A stretch of DNA of 63,510 nucleotides, filler included, from Octopus bimaculoides (GCF_001194135.2; 4 parts of 4 records of this genome joined end to end with filler, not necessarily neighbours in it), one strand, 5' to 3'; shown: positions 51,233 to 62,434, counted from the first letter of the whole stretch. Numbers and translations: made by a program. The notes: generated by a model not told the origin, from the letters alone.

Positions 51233-51815
51233 ACGCACAAGGTACTCAGACAAACGGATGTGCATTAACACCACACATGTACGTTGTGGTACGCACGCAC
51301 GCACTGTCTCTTCTTGCGACAACAGGTTTTTTTCTGATATCTGGGTGTTGTATGTAACTGGCAAAAAAATCTCTCATTGTCACTAAACATGTCTATCTTA
51401 TCCTTTTTCTCGACCTACTACCACCATCCCCGCTCTCATATAGTAACGTTCTTCATACCACAGTCTGCTCTATGCCTGGTCGTAATGTAACCACCCGTCC
51501 ACCCGGATCGTTGTTATCTGATCCTGTTTCACGCCTCTGTATTCGTATATCTCCTTTATCTCTAGTTCTTTCGTCCATTATTAACACGCACACACAGTTC
51601 GAAATGGACTCGGAGCTTATTTTTCACTCTCTGTTTTTATTATTATTATTATTATTTTCTTTACTGTGCTAATTAGCAATAAGACAACTGAAAATATTGA
51701 TTAAATCGTTTTTACATTCGGGGTAATAGTCATTCTCTGACATACTTTTCAATTCCCGCAGTTTATATATATGTATATATATACATATATATATAAAGTT
51801 AGTAAAAGGTGGGGT

Positions 51816-51862
<47 letters not shown>

Positions 51863-52047
51863 TGTAGAGAGAGAGAGATGCTTGTATGTATTATCTTTAA
51901 TTTTGTCATTAATTTAGAAATTACTAATTTAATGTGCAGATTAATTTCTTCTTTCTTTCTATATTTCGAGTGTTGGTTTCCGAAGGCCGCCATTGAAAGC
52001 TATACCAATTCCCAGACGTGGTAGTGGCGGTGTTAATATATACATAT

Positions 52048-52104
<57 letters not shown>

Positions 52105-52598
52105 ATATAATACTATATATATAGTCTGCGTATTTAGTCATTCCCACTCCTCTCCTCATAGCCCGTTCTCCTCTAAATAAATTGGCGCCATAAACAGATT
52201 CTCCTCCCACCCTCGTTCTTCTTTGCTGCCTGTTATAAACAGCAACCTTGCTTTGAGTAATTCTTACTCCGCCACCCTCAATCTACCTCTACTTTGCAGA
52301 TGCCAGCACCCTAATAATAATGAGATTTGTCTCATGTTCATAGGTACATTTTTTTTTTGCTTGTTTGTGTATTTAATAAACACACACGTCTAGAGCAAAA
52401 AAAATGTTTTCGTTTTGCGGCATGTTTATATGTTACAAAGCTGGTCTGTCGAAGAAGCTCTTTGCAGCCTCGAAGAAATTCTTTCCATGCAGTTTTTGGC
52501 AGTTTTACGTTCTTTGATGCAGTTGTAACTACTTACTGAATGTATTAGTTGACTTAGGGTACTTATTATGATGCTACAATACCGTTTTGATCATTCAG

Positions 52599-52668
<70 letters not shown>

Positions 52669-52686
52669 AAAAGACAGGTGTAAGAT

Positions 52687-52728
<42 letters not shown>

Positions 52729-53489
52729 TTGGACATTGTTAAATCCTCTCCAACAAGTCTGTTCTCATGACAGTGGGTATGTAGAACGAAGAGATGATCC
52801 CTTAATCTAGCTTTACTGCCCCCATCAGAGTCCTTTTGTTAATTTGTTCCTTTTATTTTCTTGTTAAGAGTACAAGTAACCTTTCTGCTTTTCCGAACAG
52901 ATCCAGTCCAGTGACAAATCTTTTTGTTGAGAAGAATAAGTTAAAACAATCATGGTTTTGTTTTTGTATTTTCTTTCTTGTCAGGAAGAAATGTATTATC
53001 CAGTGTGAAATTTCTTATTTTTCTCTTTTCTTAAATTTAGTTGTTATTTCTAGCAAGTCGATCGAATACTTTAGAAGTTTGGTGGTACTCATCTTTAGTA
53101 GTAGTTGTGATAAAAAATAAAAAAAAAATTAAAGTTCGGTCAAGTTTTGAAACCTTAGGTGCTACGAGACTCGGAAATGAGATGGACGTGAGAAATTGTG
53201 TACTTGACAGATACCACCTCCGCCACAAAGAAACAAGAAAACAAACTTAGATACAGACTTACAAGATTTCCTCTACATAAATATACTAGATCATCTCTTC
53301 ATATGCGTCCTATGTTGTTTGTTTTGAAACACTACGACAAACGTGGTATTTTTTTTTGCTGGAAAATATCATTACAGAGAATTGAAGAACGAACAGCGTG
53401 GTGTTCAAGTGTGAAATGGAGCGATGCCACTACGAATTGGAGAAAGAAGCTAAAAATCTGTTAAGTCTTCAGACTTATTTCCATTAGAG

Positions 53490-53757
53490 CAGTGGTCTCT
53501 CTCAATCCACATACGGTCCTTTGAGGGGTTCCGTATGAAGATTTTTACTGTTAAAATTTATTGGCAATAAATTATTTATACTTCTATTACAACGCACAAA
53601 ATGTTTTAGCAATTTTTTTTTAGTACAATTCCTAATTCTATCTAATTATAAAAAATATAACAGGATTTTTACTTAAATCATCGAATTGGTATTAGGGTCC
53701 AGTTGAGTTATATAGGAATGAAAGGGGTCTATAGGTAAGAAAAATAGTTGAGAATAT
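53490..53757. mobile_element. hAT-like MITE, degenerate
   Basis: CAGTGGTCTCTCTCAA left end and GTTGAGAA right end resemble CAGTGGTTCTCAAC-type TIRs. No TSD seen. Confidence 0.4.
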
Positions 53758-54650
53758 AGTTTAAAACAATTTCATTAGATGATCATCTGTTTTCAGATGN
53801 NNNNNNNNNNNNNNNNNNNNNNNNNNNNNNNNNNNNNNNNNNNNNNNNNNNNNNNNNNNNNNNNNNNNNNNNNNNNNNNNNNNNNNNNNNNNNNNNNNNN
53901 NNNNNNNNNNNNNNNNNNNNNNNNNNNNNNNNNNNNNNNNNNNNNNNNNNNNNNNNNNNNNNNNNNNNNNNNNNNNNNNNNNNNNNNNNNNNNNNNNNNN
54001 NNNNNNNNNNNNNNNNNNNNNNNNNNNNNNNNNNNNNNNNNNNNNNNNNNNNNNNNNNNNNNNNNNNNNNNNNNNNNNNNNNNNNNNNNNNNNNNNNNNN
54101 NNNNNNNNNNNNNNNNNNNNNNNNNNNNNNNNNNNNNNNNNNNNNNNNNNNNNNNNNNNNNNNNNNNNNNNNNNNNNNNNNNNNNNNNNNNNNNNNNNNN
54201 NNNNNNNNNNNNNNNNNNNNNNNNNNNNNNNNNNNNNNNNNNNNNNNNNNNNNNNNNNNNNNNNNNNNNNNNNNNNNNNNNNNNNNNNNNNNNNNNNNNN
54301 NNNNNNNNNNNNNNNNNNNNNNNNNNNNNNNNNNNNNNNNNNNNNNNNNNNNNNNNNNNNNNNNNNNNNNNNNNNNNNNNNNNNNNNNNNNNNNNNNNNN
54401 NNNNNNNNNNNNNNNNNNNNNNNNNNNNNNNNNNNNNNNNNNNNNNNNNNNNNNNNNNNNNNNNNNNNNNNNNNNNNNNNNNNNNNNNNNNNNNNNNNNN
54501 NNNNNNNNNNNNNNNNNNNNNNNNNNNNNNNNNNNNNNNNNNNNNNNNNNNNNNNNNNNNNNNNNNNNNNNNNNNNNNNNNNNNNNNNNNNNNNNNNNNN
54601 NNNNNNNNNNNNNNNNNNNNNNNNNNNNNNNNNNNNNNNTTGTCCCGATA

Positions 54651-54876
54651 CGGCGGCGAGCTGGCAGAATCGTTAGCACGCCGGGCAAAATGCTTAGCGG
54701 CGTTTCGCCCGTCTTTTACGTTTCCAGTTCAAATTCCGACTGAGGCCGACTTTGTCTTTCATTCTTTCGGGGCCGATAAAATAGATACCAATTGAACACT
54801 AGGGTTGATGTAATATATACTAGGGTCCCCTTCTCCCGAAATTGTTGGTCTTGTGCCAAAGTTCGAAACCAATATT
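54651..54876 (+). mobile_element. SINE family B, tail type ii
   Basis: Full head, core and tail directly after the gap. Confidence 0.9.
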
Positions 54877-54899
54877 ACTCTTGAACCTAAGTCAACCAC

Positions 54900-55250
54900 T
54901 GTGGGAAAGATATGAGCCAAGAGGCATTTTCAGAGGGACGATGTTCAGAAAAGGAAGGACTGGGTATGGGGATTAGTGCAAAGCGATTGGGTTAGGGATG
55001 CCTGAGTGGAGGTTGGCATGAGCCTAACCAGCTCTGAGAAGCAGAGGTTATCATAGTAAGGGTAGAAAAGACTAAGAGAACATATAGAAGTGTGTTTGTG
55101 GGTGACTTTATGTTAGTCAGTCCGGTGATTCTTTTCTGGATGTCAATGCGTGGGGTAGCAGCATCCCACTCCAAATGTGGGCCTCATCTGAGCTTTGTAA
55201 AATCTCAATAATCTCAGTAATTGTTGGGAGATGCAGTTCATATTCCCTGG
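54900..55250 (-). mobile_element. CR1/Jockey-like LINE ORF2 C-terminal fragment
   Basis: Minus strand YKAQMRP.../WDAA...IQKR.../SLSLFYPYYDNLCFSEL.../AHIFP resembles LYKAQVRP..EY...WD.A...SL.LFYRYY...CSSEL...VFP. Confidence 0.65.
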
Positions 55251-55517
55251 CGCTGAAGAGAAAGAGCCAATCATTAGGACACGGTTATAGCTTTGACAGA
55301 TGCGATTTTGCCACGTGCACAAATAAATACAGGCATCTTCAGTTATAGAGCTATATCTGCAAATGATTATTCTGTTTTGTATTTTTAACGTTTACTTGGA
55401 ATTTCAAAAGTGTTTCATTTAGTGAACTTCAAAACTGCTACTTGCAAATCTAGAACTGTGTGGTCCTATCTGAAGCACCTTGCAAGTTGTAATCTTTGAT
55501 ATATATATATATATATA

Positions 55518-55700
55518 GTTCAAATTTACAGAATACAAAAGACGGAGAAAGGTGAGGGAACAACAAGCAGGTGTATTAGTTTGACGCTCGGGAAGAATGG
55601 AAAAGTCTTTGACGTTTCGAGCCTACGCTCTTCGACAGAAAGGGTTGAGAGGGGAAAAATGGAGAAAGAACGAAAACGAAAAAAAAACAACAAACAAACA
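55518..55700 (-). mobile_element. Penelope-type terminal (pLTR-like) segment
   Basis: Carries the hammerhead-like motif typical of PLE termini and ends in a (TA)n run at 55500-55517. Confidence 0.55.
55607..55642 (-). ncRNA. Minimal type-I hammerhead ribozyme-like motif (variant core)
   Basis: 5'-CUUU CUGUCGA A GAGC guag GCUC GAA AC GU C AAAG-3': stem I CUUU/AAAG, stem II GAGC/GCUC, palindromic ACGU stem III, GUC site. A6 is replaced by U. Confidence 0.55.
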
Positions 55701-56262
55701 AATAATAATAAAAAAAGAAACAGGAAACACAAAAAATGTGTAGGGATTAACAGTTGAACATGATCAAATGACAGGAACAAAGAGGCTGAGTGGAAGGGAG
55801 ATAATAACAGTGACCCTGCAGAACTAGGGTGCGCAATCGTGTTGTGTGTGTATTTGCGTAAGACTTTGTATGTGTGTGTGAATGGGGGCGAGCANNNNNN
55901 NNNNNNNNNNNNNNNNNNNNNNNNNNNNNNNNNNNNNNNNNNNNNNNNNNNNNNNNNNNNNNNNNNNNNNNNNNNNNNNNNNNNNNNNNNNNNNNNNNNN
56001 NNNNNNNNNNNNNNNNNNNNNNNNNNNNNNNNNNNNNNNNNNNNNNNNNNNNNNNNNNNNNNNNNNNNNNAAATAATAATAAAAAAAGAAACAGGAAACA
56101 CAAATGTGTAGGGATTAACAGTTGAACATGATCAAATGACAGGAACAAAGAGGCTGAGTGAAAGGGAGATAATAACAGTGACCCTGCAGAACTAGGGTGC
56201 GCAATCGTGTTGTGTGTGTATTTGCGTAAGACTTTGTATGTGTGTGTGAATGGGGGCGAGCA
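55701..56262. repeat. ~192-bp direct duplication flanking a 176-N gap (55701-55894 and 56072-56262)
   Basis: Near-identical copies differing by a 3-nt A-run indel and about one substitution. Confidence 0.95.
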
Positions 56263-56648
56263 TAAATATATATATATAATTTGTCTGTCTCAACATATTT
56301 ACATTAGGTATGATACGTAAATGCCTATTTTAATCTTTTACTGCTCCTGTTGCTTGTAGTGGATATATGGTCAGCGATAAAAGTTCAGTTGTTCGATCAA
56401 ATGAATTACCTGATCCTCAATTTGCATGTAAGTGGTTGAGCGTTTTGCAGACAAGTGTACTCTTCAGGTACTTCTTAGGCAGTCAGCCTGACAGTTTCAA
56501 TCCACTTGACTTCTATACATTCTCCTGTTTGGCTCGAGGCGAGGCTTCAGAAAATGATATTTGCTTCAGATGCCATGCAATGGCATCTTGGCCAACTGAC
56601 TTGTCTGTATGTACACGTGTGTGTGTGTGTGTGTGCATATATATATAC

Positions 56649-56708
<60 letters not shown>

Positions 56709-56710
56709 TA

Positions 56711-56845
56711 TACGAGGTGTTGCTGAAAGTTCCTTGGCTGAAGGTAAAAGAAAATACAGGAGGATCAGTTAATTATGATTTTATTAAACGTATTCTTCGC
56801 AGCGGTCCTTCGGCTTTTCAAAGCCATGTAAAAGAACTCAGAAGG
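56711..56845. mobile_element. Mariner-like MITE (same family as 10771), truncated by gap
   Basis: TACGAGGTGTTGCTGAAAGTTCC...GATCAGTTAATTATGATTTTATT is the reverse complement of 10900-10992. Confidence 0.8.
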
Positions 56846-57605
56846 NNNNNNNNNNNNNNNNNNNNNNNNNNNNNNNNNNNNNNNNNNNNNNNNNNNNNNN
56901 NNNNNNNNNNNNNNNNNNNNNNNNNNNNNNNNNNNNNNNNNNNNNNNNNNNNNNNNNNNNNNNNNNNNNNNNNNNNNNNNNNNNNNNNNNNNNNNNNNNN
57001 NNNNNNNNNNNNNNNNNNNNNNNNNNNNNNNNNNNNNNNNNNNNNNNNNNNNNNNNNNNNNNNNNNNNNNNNNNNNNNNNNNNNNNNNNNNNNNNNNNNN
57101 NNNNNNNNNNNNNNNNNNNNNNNNNNNNNNNNNNNNNNNNNNNNNNNNNNNNNNNNNNNNNNNNNNNNNNNNNNNNNNNNNNNNNNNNNNNNNNNNNNNN
57201 NNNNNNNNNNNNNNNNNNNNNNNNNNNNNNNNNNNNNNNNNNNNNNNNNNNNNNNNNNNNNNNNNNNNNNNNNNNNNNNNNNNNNNNNNNNNNNNNNNNN
57301 NNNNNNNNNNNNNNNNNNNNNNNNNNNNNNNNNNNNNNNNNNNNNNNNNNNNNNNNNNNNNNNNNNNNNNNNNNNNNNNNNNNNNNNNNNNNNNNNNNNN
57401 NNNNNNNNNNNNNNNNNNNNNNNNNNNNNNNNNNNNNNNNNNNNNNNNNNNNNNNNNNNNNNNNNNNNNNNNNNNNNNNNNNNNNNNNNNNNNNNNNNNN
57501 NNNNNNNNNNNNNNNNNNNNNNNNNNNNNNNNNNNNNNNNNNNNNNNNNNNNNNNNNNNNNNNNNNNNNNNNNNNNNNNNNNNNNNNNNNNNNNNNNNNN
57601 NNNNN

Positions 57606-57637
<32 letters not shown>

Positions 57638-57654
57638 TGTGTACAGATAGATAT

Positions 57655-57995
57655 CTTTCATCTTTTACGTGTTTCAGCCATTAAACTGCGTTGAAGGGTT
57701 TGGTCGAACGAATCAACCCTAGTACTTTTTTTCTAAGAAAGTCTGGTGCTTATGCTATTGAACTCTTTTTGCCGAACCGTTAAGTTATAGGGGTGTAAAC
57801 AAACCAGCAGCGGTTGTCAAGTGGTGGTCATACACACACACGACAGGCTTCTTTCGGTTTCCGCCTACCTAATCCACCCACAAGGGGTTGGTCGGGCCGG
57901 GTCTATAGTAGAAGACACTTGCCCAAGGTCTCACACAGTGGGACTGAATCTAGAATCTTGTGGTTAGGAAAGCAAGCTTCTTACCACATTGCCAT
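57655..57995 (-). mobile_element. SINE family A, older copy
   Basis: Matches 58913-59327 with deletions. Confidence 0.85.
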
Positions 57996-58050
57996 GTCTG
58001 TGTCTATGTATGTGTATACATGCATGTACACAGACAGACACACACACCAA

Positions 58051-58240
58051 CATCATTTGACATTCGTTTTTCATGCTGACATTGGTTGGATGGTTTCGGC
58101 AGGAACGAACGACCTAGAAGACAGTGCCCAGCATCGTCTGCTTTGGCATAGTTTCTACAGCCGGGTGCCCTACCTGACGCTAACTACTTCACGGAATACT
58201 GTACTGTGCGCCTTTTTTCGCGGCACTCTCACTAACGGGG
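58051..58240 (-). mobile_element. SINE fragment with Meta-domain-like core and (GAT)n tail
   Basis: Minus strand GTTAGCGTCAGGTAGGGCACCCGGCTGTAGAAAC resembles the TGGCGTCAGGAAGGGCATCCGGCCGTA core as I recall it. Single copy here. Confidence 0.5.
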
Positions 58241-58912
58241 TCACCAATTTACTCGCCAGACAAGACCCACCCCCCATAACCGAGTTAGGTATAGTATTGA
58301 GGGACGTGGCTTATATCATATAAGGAGAGGTGAGAGTATGATAAAGGGACAAGAACATGTGTCTTGCTGNNNNNNNNNNNNNNNNNNNNNNNNNNNNNNN
58401 NNNNNNNNNNNNNNNNNNNNNNNNNNNNNNNNNNNNNNNNNNNNNNNNNNNNNNNNNNNNNNNNNNNNNNNNNNNNNNNNNNNNNNNNNNNNNNNNNNNN
58501 NNNNNNNNNNNNNNNNNNNGAGAAGTTAGTGATGACGCAGTGTCCACAACGGGAAACTCGGGTTTAGTGACAAAGGGGCGTCAGCTATAAATAAATGAAT
58601 TTATTGTTATAGATATTCAGTAGTTTTTTTCTTGTGTGTGTAAATTTCAAAGGATAAGTTTCGCACGTGTCTGTGTGAAACTTACGCGTAGTATTCTTTT
58701 TACTCTTTTACTAGTTTCGATTATTGTAGGGTGGCCGAGCTGGGGCATTTTACCTTTAATGTTTTAGTCGATTACATCGGCTCCGGGGTATCTGATTCAA
58801 CGGGTTGTATTTATGAGACAGCTTAGTTACTTGGCACAAAAGAACAGCATAAACTACATCACTTATTTTAGATAAACACAGCACATTTACTATCTATCTA
58901 TCTATCTATCTA

Positions 58913-59327
58913 TTTTTCTCTTTTACTTGTTTCAGTCATTTGACTGCGGCCATGCTGGAGCACCGCCTTTAGTCGAGCAAATCGACCCCAGTACTTATTC
59001 TTTGTAAGCCTAGTAGTACTTATTCTATCGGTCTCTTTTGCCGAACCGCTAAGTTACGGGAACGTAAACACACCAACATTGATTGTCAAGCGATGTTGCG
59101 GGGACAAACACAGACACACAAACATACACACACACACACATATATATATACACATATATACGACGGGCTTCTTTTCAGTTTCCGTCTACCAAATCCACTC
59201 ACAAGGCTTTGGTCGGCCCGAGGCTATAATAGAAGACACTTGCCCAAGGTGCCACGCAGTGGGACTGAACCCGGAACCATGTGGTTGGTAAGCAAGCTAC
59301 TTACCACATAGCCAGCCACTCCTACGC
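58913..59327 (-). mobile_element. SINE family A, full length, least diverged copy
   Basis: Complete head, spacer and tail; (TCTA)n on both flanks. Confidence 0.95.
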
Positions 59328-59356
59328 TTATCTGTCTATCTATCTATCTATCGATC

Positions 59357-59545
59357 GCTTCAGTCATTAGTGTGCAGCCATGCTGGAGCACCACCTCGAA
59401 TGGTTTAATCGAACAAAATCATCCCTAGTATTTATAGTTTGTTTGAAAGCGTCGTACTTTTTCCTTCGATCTTTTTTGCCGAATCAGTTGTCAAGTTGTG
59501 GGGCGGGACACGGACACACATACACACGACGGGCTTTCAGTTTTC
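59357..59545 (-). mobile_element. SINE family A 3' half, older copy
   Basis: TTCAGTCATTAGTGTGCAGCCATGCTGGAGCACCACC. Confidence 0.75.
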
Positions 59546-60261
59546 GCCCCCCCCCCCAAATATACACACACACACACATACAAAACACACACACAATCTG
59601 AGCAAGATATCACATGAACACCCTCATCAGAGAATCCATTTTGTTATTCCGGTTTCGAATTAATCATTACGGACAATATAAGCACGTGTTTAAGGTATAA
59701 AAAAAAATGGGGAGACACATGCCTGTATATTTTCCAGTGCCGGATAAATGCAAAATGGTGAATAAAAAAGTATTGAAGATTTACATTTTTCCTGTTGCTT
59801 TTGTTACACGTAAATTTCTTAAAATTGCTTACTACTATTTAATGTCAAATATGAATTAAAAATTTCAGAAAAATACATTTATGTATAAGAAAGTTGTGAG
59901 TCTGATTTTAAAGAAAAAACGAAACGGAAATTTAGTAGCTACTATTTCACATTTAATACTTTATGTCTTGTCTTTAGACAATGGAACGAACGATCGAGGG
60001 CGTATCCATTGTTTAAGGTTGTGTGTGGTAAAGGGCATCAGTTGGCTTTTAAATTCGGCTCTGCTGGGGTTTTTTTGTGGGGGTCTTGTCGGACATTGAT
60101 CATTTCGTTGTTGGCATTACGAAGATAAAGATCAGTTTGAGGGGGAGAATATTAAAGCGTCGTGTTAAAAAGCCAACGACAACACAAGAGTTAGGAGTCA
60201 GCCAGGCAGGCAATCCACACTGCCCCGTCGTCGCCGCCTTCATTCATTCATTCATTCATTC

Positions 60262-60361
60262 NNNNNNNNNNNNNNNNNNNNNNNNNNNNNNNNNNNNNNN
60301 NNNNNTTAATTAATTAANNNNNNNNNNNNNNNNNNNNNNNNNNNNNNNNNNNNNNNNNNNN
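60262..60361. other. Assembly spacer 44N-TTAATTAATTAA-44N
   Basis: 12-mer at 60306-60317. Confidence 0.9.
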
Positions 60362-60430
60362 CGAGAAATCAGAAATTACTCATTTTACTCTAGTTATTAA
60401 ATTTGAACCCCGCCTCTCTCCTATATATGT

Positions 60431-60604
60431 AGGCGTGGCTGTGTGGTAAGAAGCTTGCTTCTTAATCACAGGGTTCCGGGTTTAGTTCCACTGCATGGCA
60501 CCTTGGGCAAGTAAGTGTCCTCTACTACTAATATAGCCTCGGTCGACCTTTTGAGCGGATTTGGTAGACGGAAATTGAACGAAGCTCGTCCTCGTACACA
60601 CACA

Positions 60605-60653
<49 letters not shown>

Positions 60654-60660
60654 GCACGTA
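60431..60660 (+). mobile_element. SINE family A 5' half
   Basis: AGGCGTGGCTGTGTGGTAAGAAGCTTGC...GGCACCTTGGGCAAG...GGATTTGGTAGACGGAAA, then (CA)n. Confidence 0.85.
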
Positions 60661-60949
60661 CACTTATATATATGCAATAGAGTGCGTTATTTCTCGGAAG
60701 TTTTAAGGTGGTAATACAAGCCTTAGCTTCTATTTCTAGCAATTGCGTGGTGAGGCGTAATATAGAAACTCATCTCGCCGGTTGCTTGAGCCTGACGAAC
60801 TAGATTTCTGTAAAAAGCCTGCCAAACTTTATGTCGCATGGAGCCGAATCAAACTGTTTTAAATAATACATACATACCTGAGAAGTGCATACATTGCTAA
60901 TTCAAACAATTTACCCTACTAAATATAAGCCATTCAACTATAGACATAG

Positions 60950-61048
60950 TCGCTCTTGGCGGATTTTCAACTCAGGACGTTAAACACAGACGAAATGCCA
61001 CGGAGTATTTTGTCCAGGATGCTAACGATTTTGCCAGCTTAACGCCTT
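60950..61048 (-). mobile_element. SINE family B head fragment
   Basis: TTCAACTCAGGACG...GCTAACGATTTTGCCAGCTT. Confidence 0.75.
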
Positions 61049-61239
61049 TATATCATAATAAAGATAATTATATTTTTATAACCACAAAATATTCACAAGC
61101 AAATCGAGGACGGTAGAAGACGATTCCGTACAATATAGCATGAAGTGATATGATGTGGAGGTTAGATGAAGGCGTGTAGAATGTAAAATATCAAGACCAA
61201 AAAAAAAAAAAAAGGACGAAAAGTCAAACAAGAAAAATT

Positions 61240-61790
61240 TTCGGGTGGAGAGAAGACTTCAAAGGGTTGTTCGTGGAAACCCCACAAAACCACGGTCACT
61301 CTGGCTACTAGGACGTGTTCCCTCTCATCATACATCTTCAATGTATAGGCATATGTTTAGAGCAGGTCCACTTTCTCTCGAACTACCGTCGCTGCATTCA
61401 TCTACCTTGTGGTTGTGGAAATCTCACAAACCACGAGACAACCTGATCGCTGGGTCAAAAGCTTAGAAGATTATGCCCAAGTGAGACCCATTCCTTTTAA
61501 CCATTTTACCCATCTTTCCCCAAGTTTGCACCAGGGCAGCTCTTCCTTCTCTAGTTTCAGTTTTATTTTCGAGTGGAATTTGAAATAGTTAATTGAACCA
61601 CTGCCGAAGAGAAAGGTGCCCCTACTCAAAACGTTTCCCAGTGATTTGAACTTGAAAATTATGGACGAGGGCCTGACCAAAGCGGAAGGTATCTGTCTTC
61701 AGCCCTTTCAGTCTGGTCCAACACAAATTCTTTCGCTAAAGCCATCAGATATATAGACACTGACTGCCCTTCACGGCCAAAGATGGCTGC
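61240..61790 (-). mobile_element. Tx1/L1-clade LINE 3' fragment (ORF2 C-terminus and 3' UTR)
   Basis: GC-richer island. Minus strand AKEFV/WTRLKGLKTDTF.FGQAL...INYFKFHSKIKLKLEKEELPWCKLGERWVK resembles Tx1-like C-termini as I recall them. Confidence 0.55.
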
Positions 61791-61864
61791 GGGGTATCAT
61801 AACAAATATGATGTAAAATGTAAATATATATAACAGTAACAACTACTACAACAACAACAACAAC

Positions 61865-61901
<37 letters not shown>

Positions 61902-61942
61902 GTAGTAGTAATCATAATAATTGTATGAATACTAATGATAAT

Positions 61943-62190
61943 ATGCAGGAAGTGCAAAAAATTGTCCTAACTGGTACGTCACACGTATTAAGAAGAATAT
62001 TGTTCTTTCTTTTCCCCTTATTTTCCTAGCTTTTTTCCATTTTTTTCTTTCTTCCCTTTTTTCTATTGCATGACTTTGTAAATGAACAATATGATGTATT
62101 TATTTTAATGGCCTACAGTGAGTTTCTTTGCCCTAGGTGTTGGGAAGGCATTCGGTAAGAAATGGAAACAAAATTCAAAGATAATAATAA
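61943..62190 (+). mobile_element. 5'-truncated R4/Dong-like element in (AAT)n arrays
   Basis: MQEVQKIVLTGTSHVLRRIL is homologous to EVQKIVLMGTAHILRKIL at the window start. (AAC/AAT)n upstream at 61840-61925 and downstream at 62181+. Confidence 0.8.
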
Positions 62191-62374
62191 CAACAACAAC
62201 AACAGCAATAATAGCAATGATAATAATAATGACAAGGTTCTGGAATATTAATTAACTGCGATGGGAAACAAAATATTTTCACCGAATACATTTTATACGC
62301 AATTAGACGCTAATTAGTTTAATAATTAAATATTTAAATGACAATCGATAATAATAATAATGATAGTAATTATT

Positions 62375-62434
<60 letters not shown>

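Noticed and set aside
4383-60313. Long ORFs in the track containing X runs or YI/HT/CV/SL/FL repeats (e.g. 7973-9091, 19619-20911, 24781-26160, 26356-26979)
   Set aside because: Read-through of N-gaps and microsatellites; no domain content.
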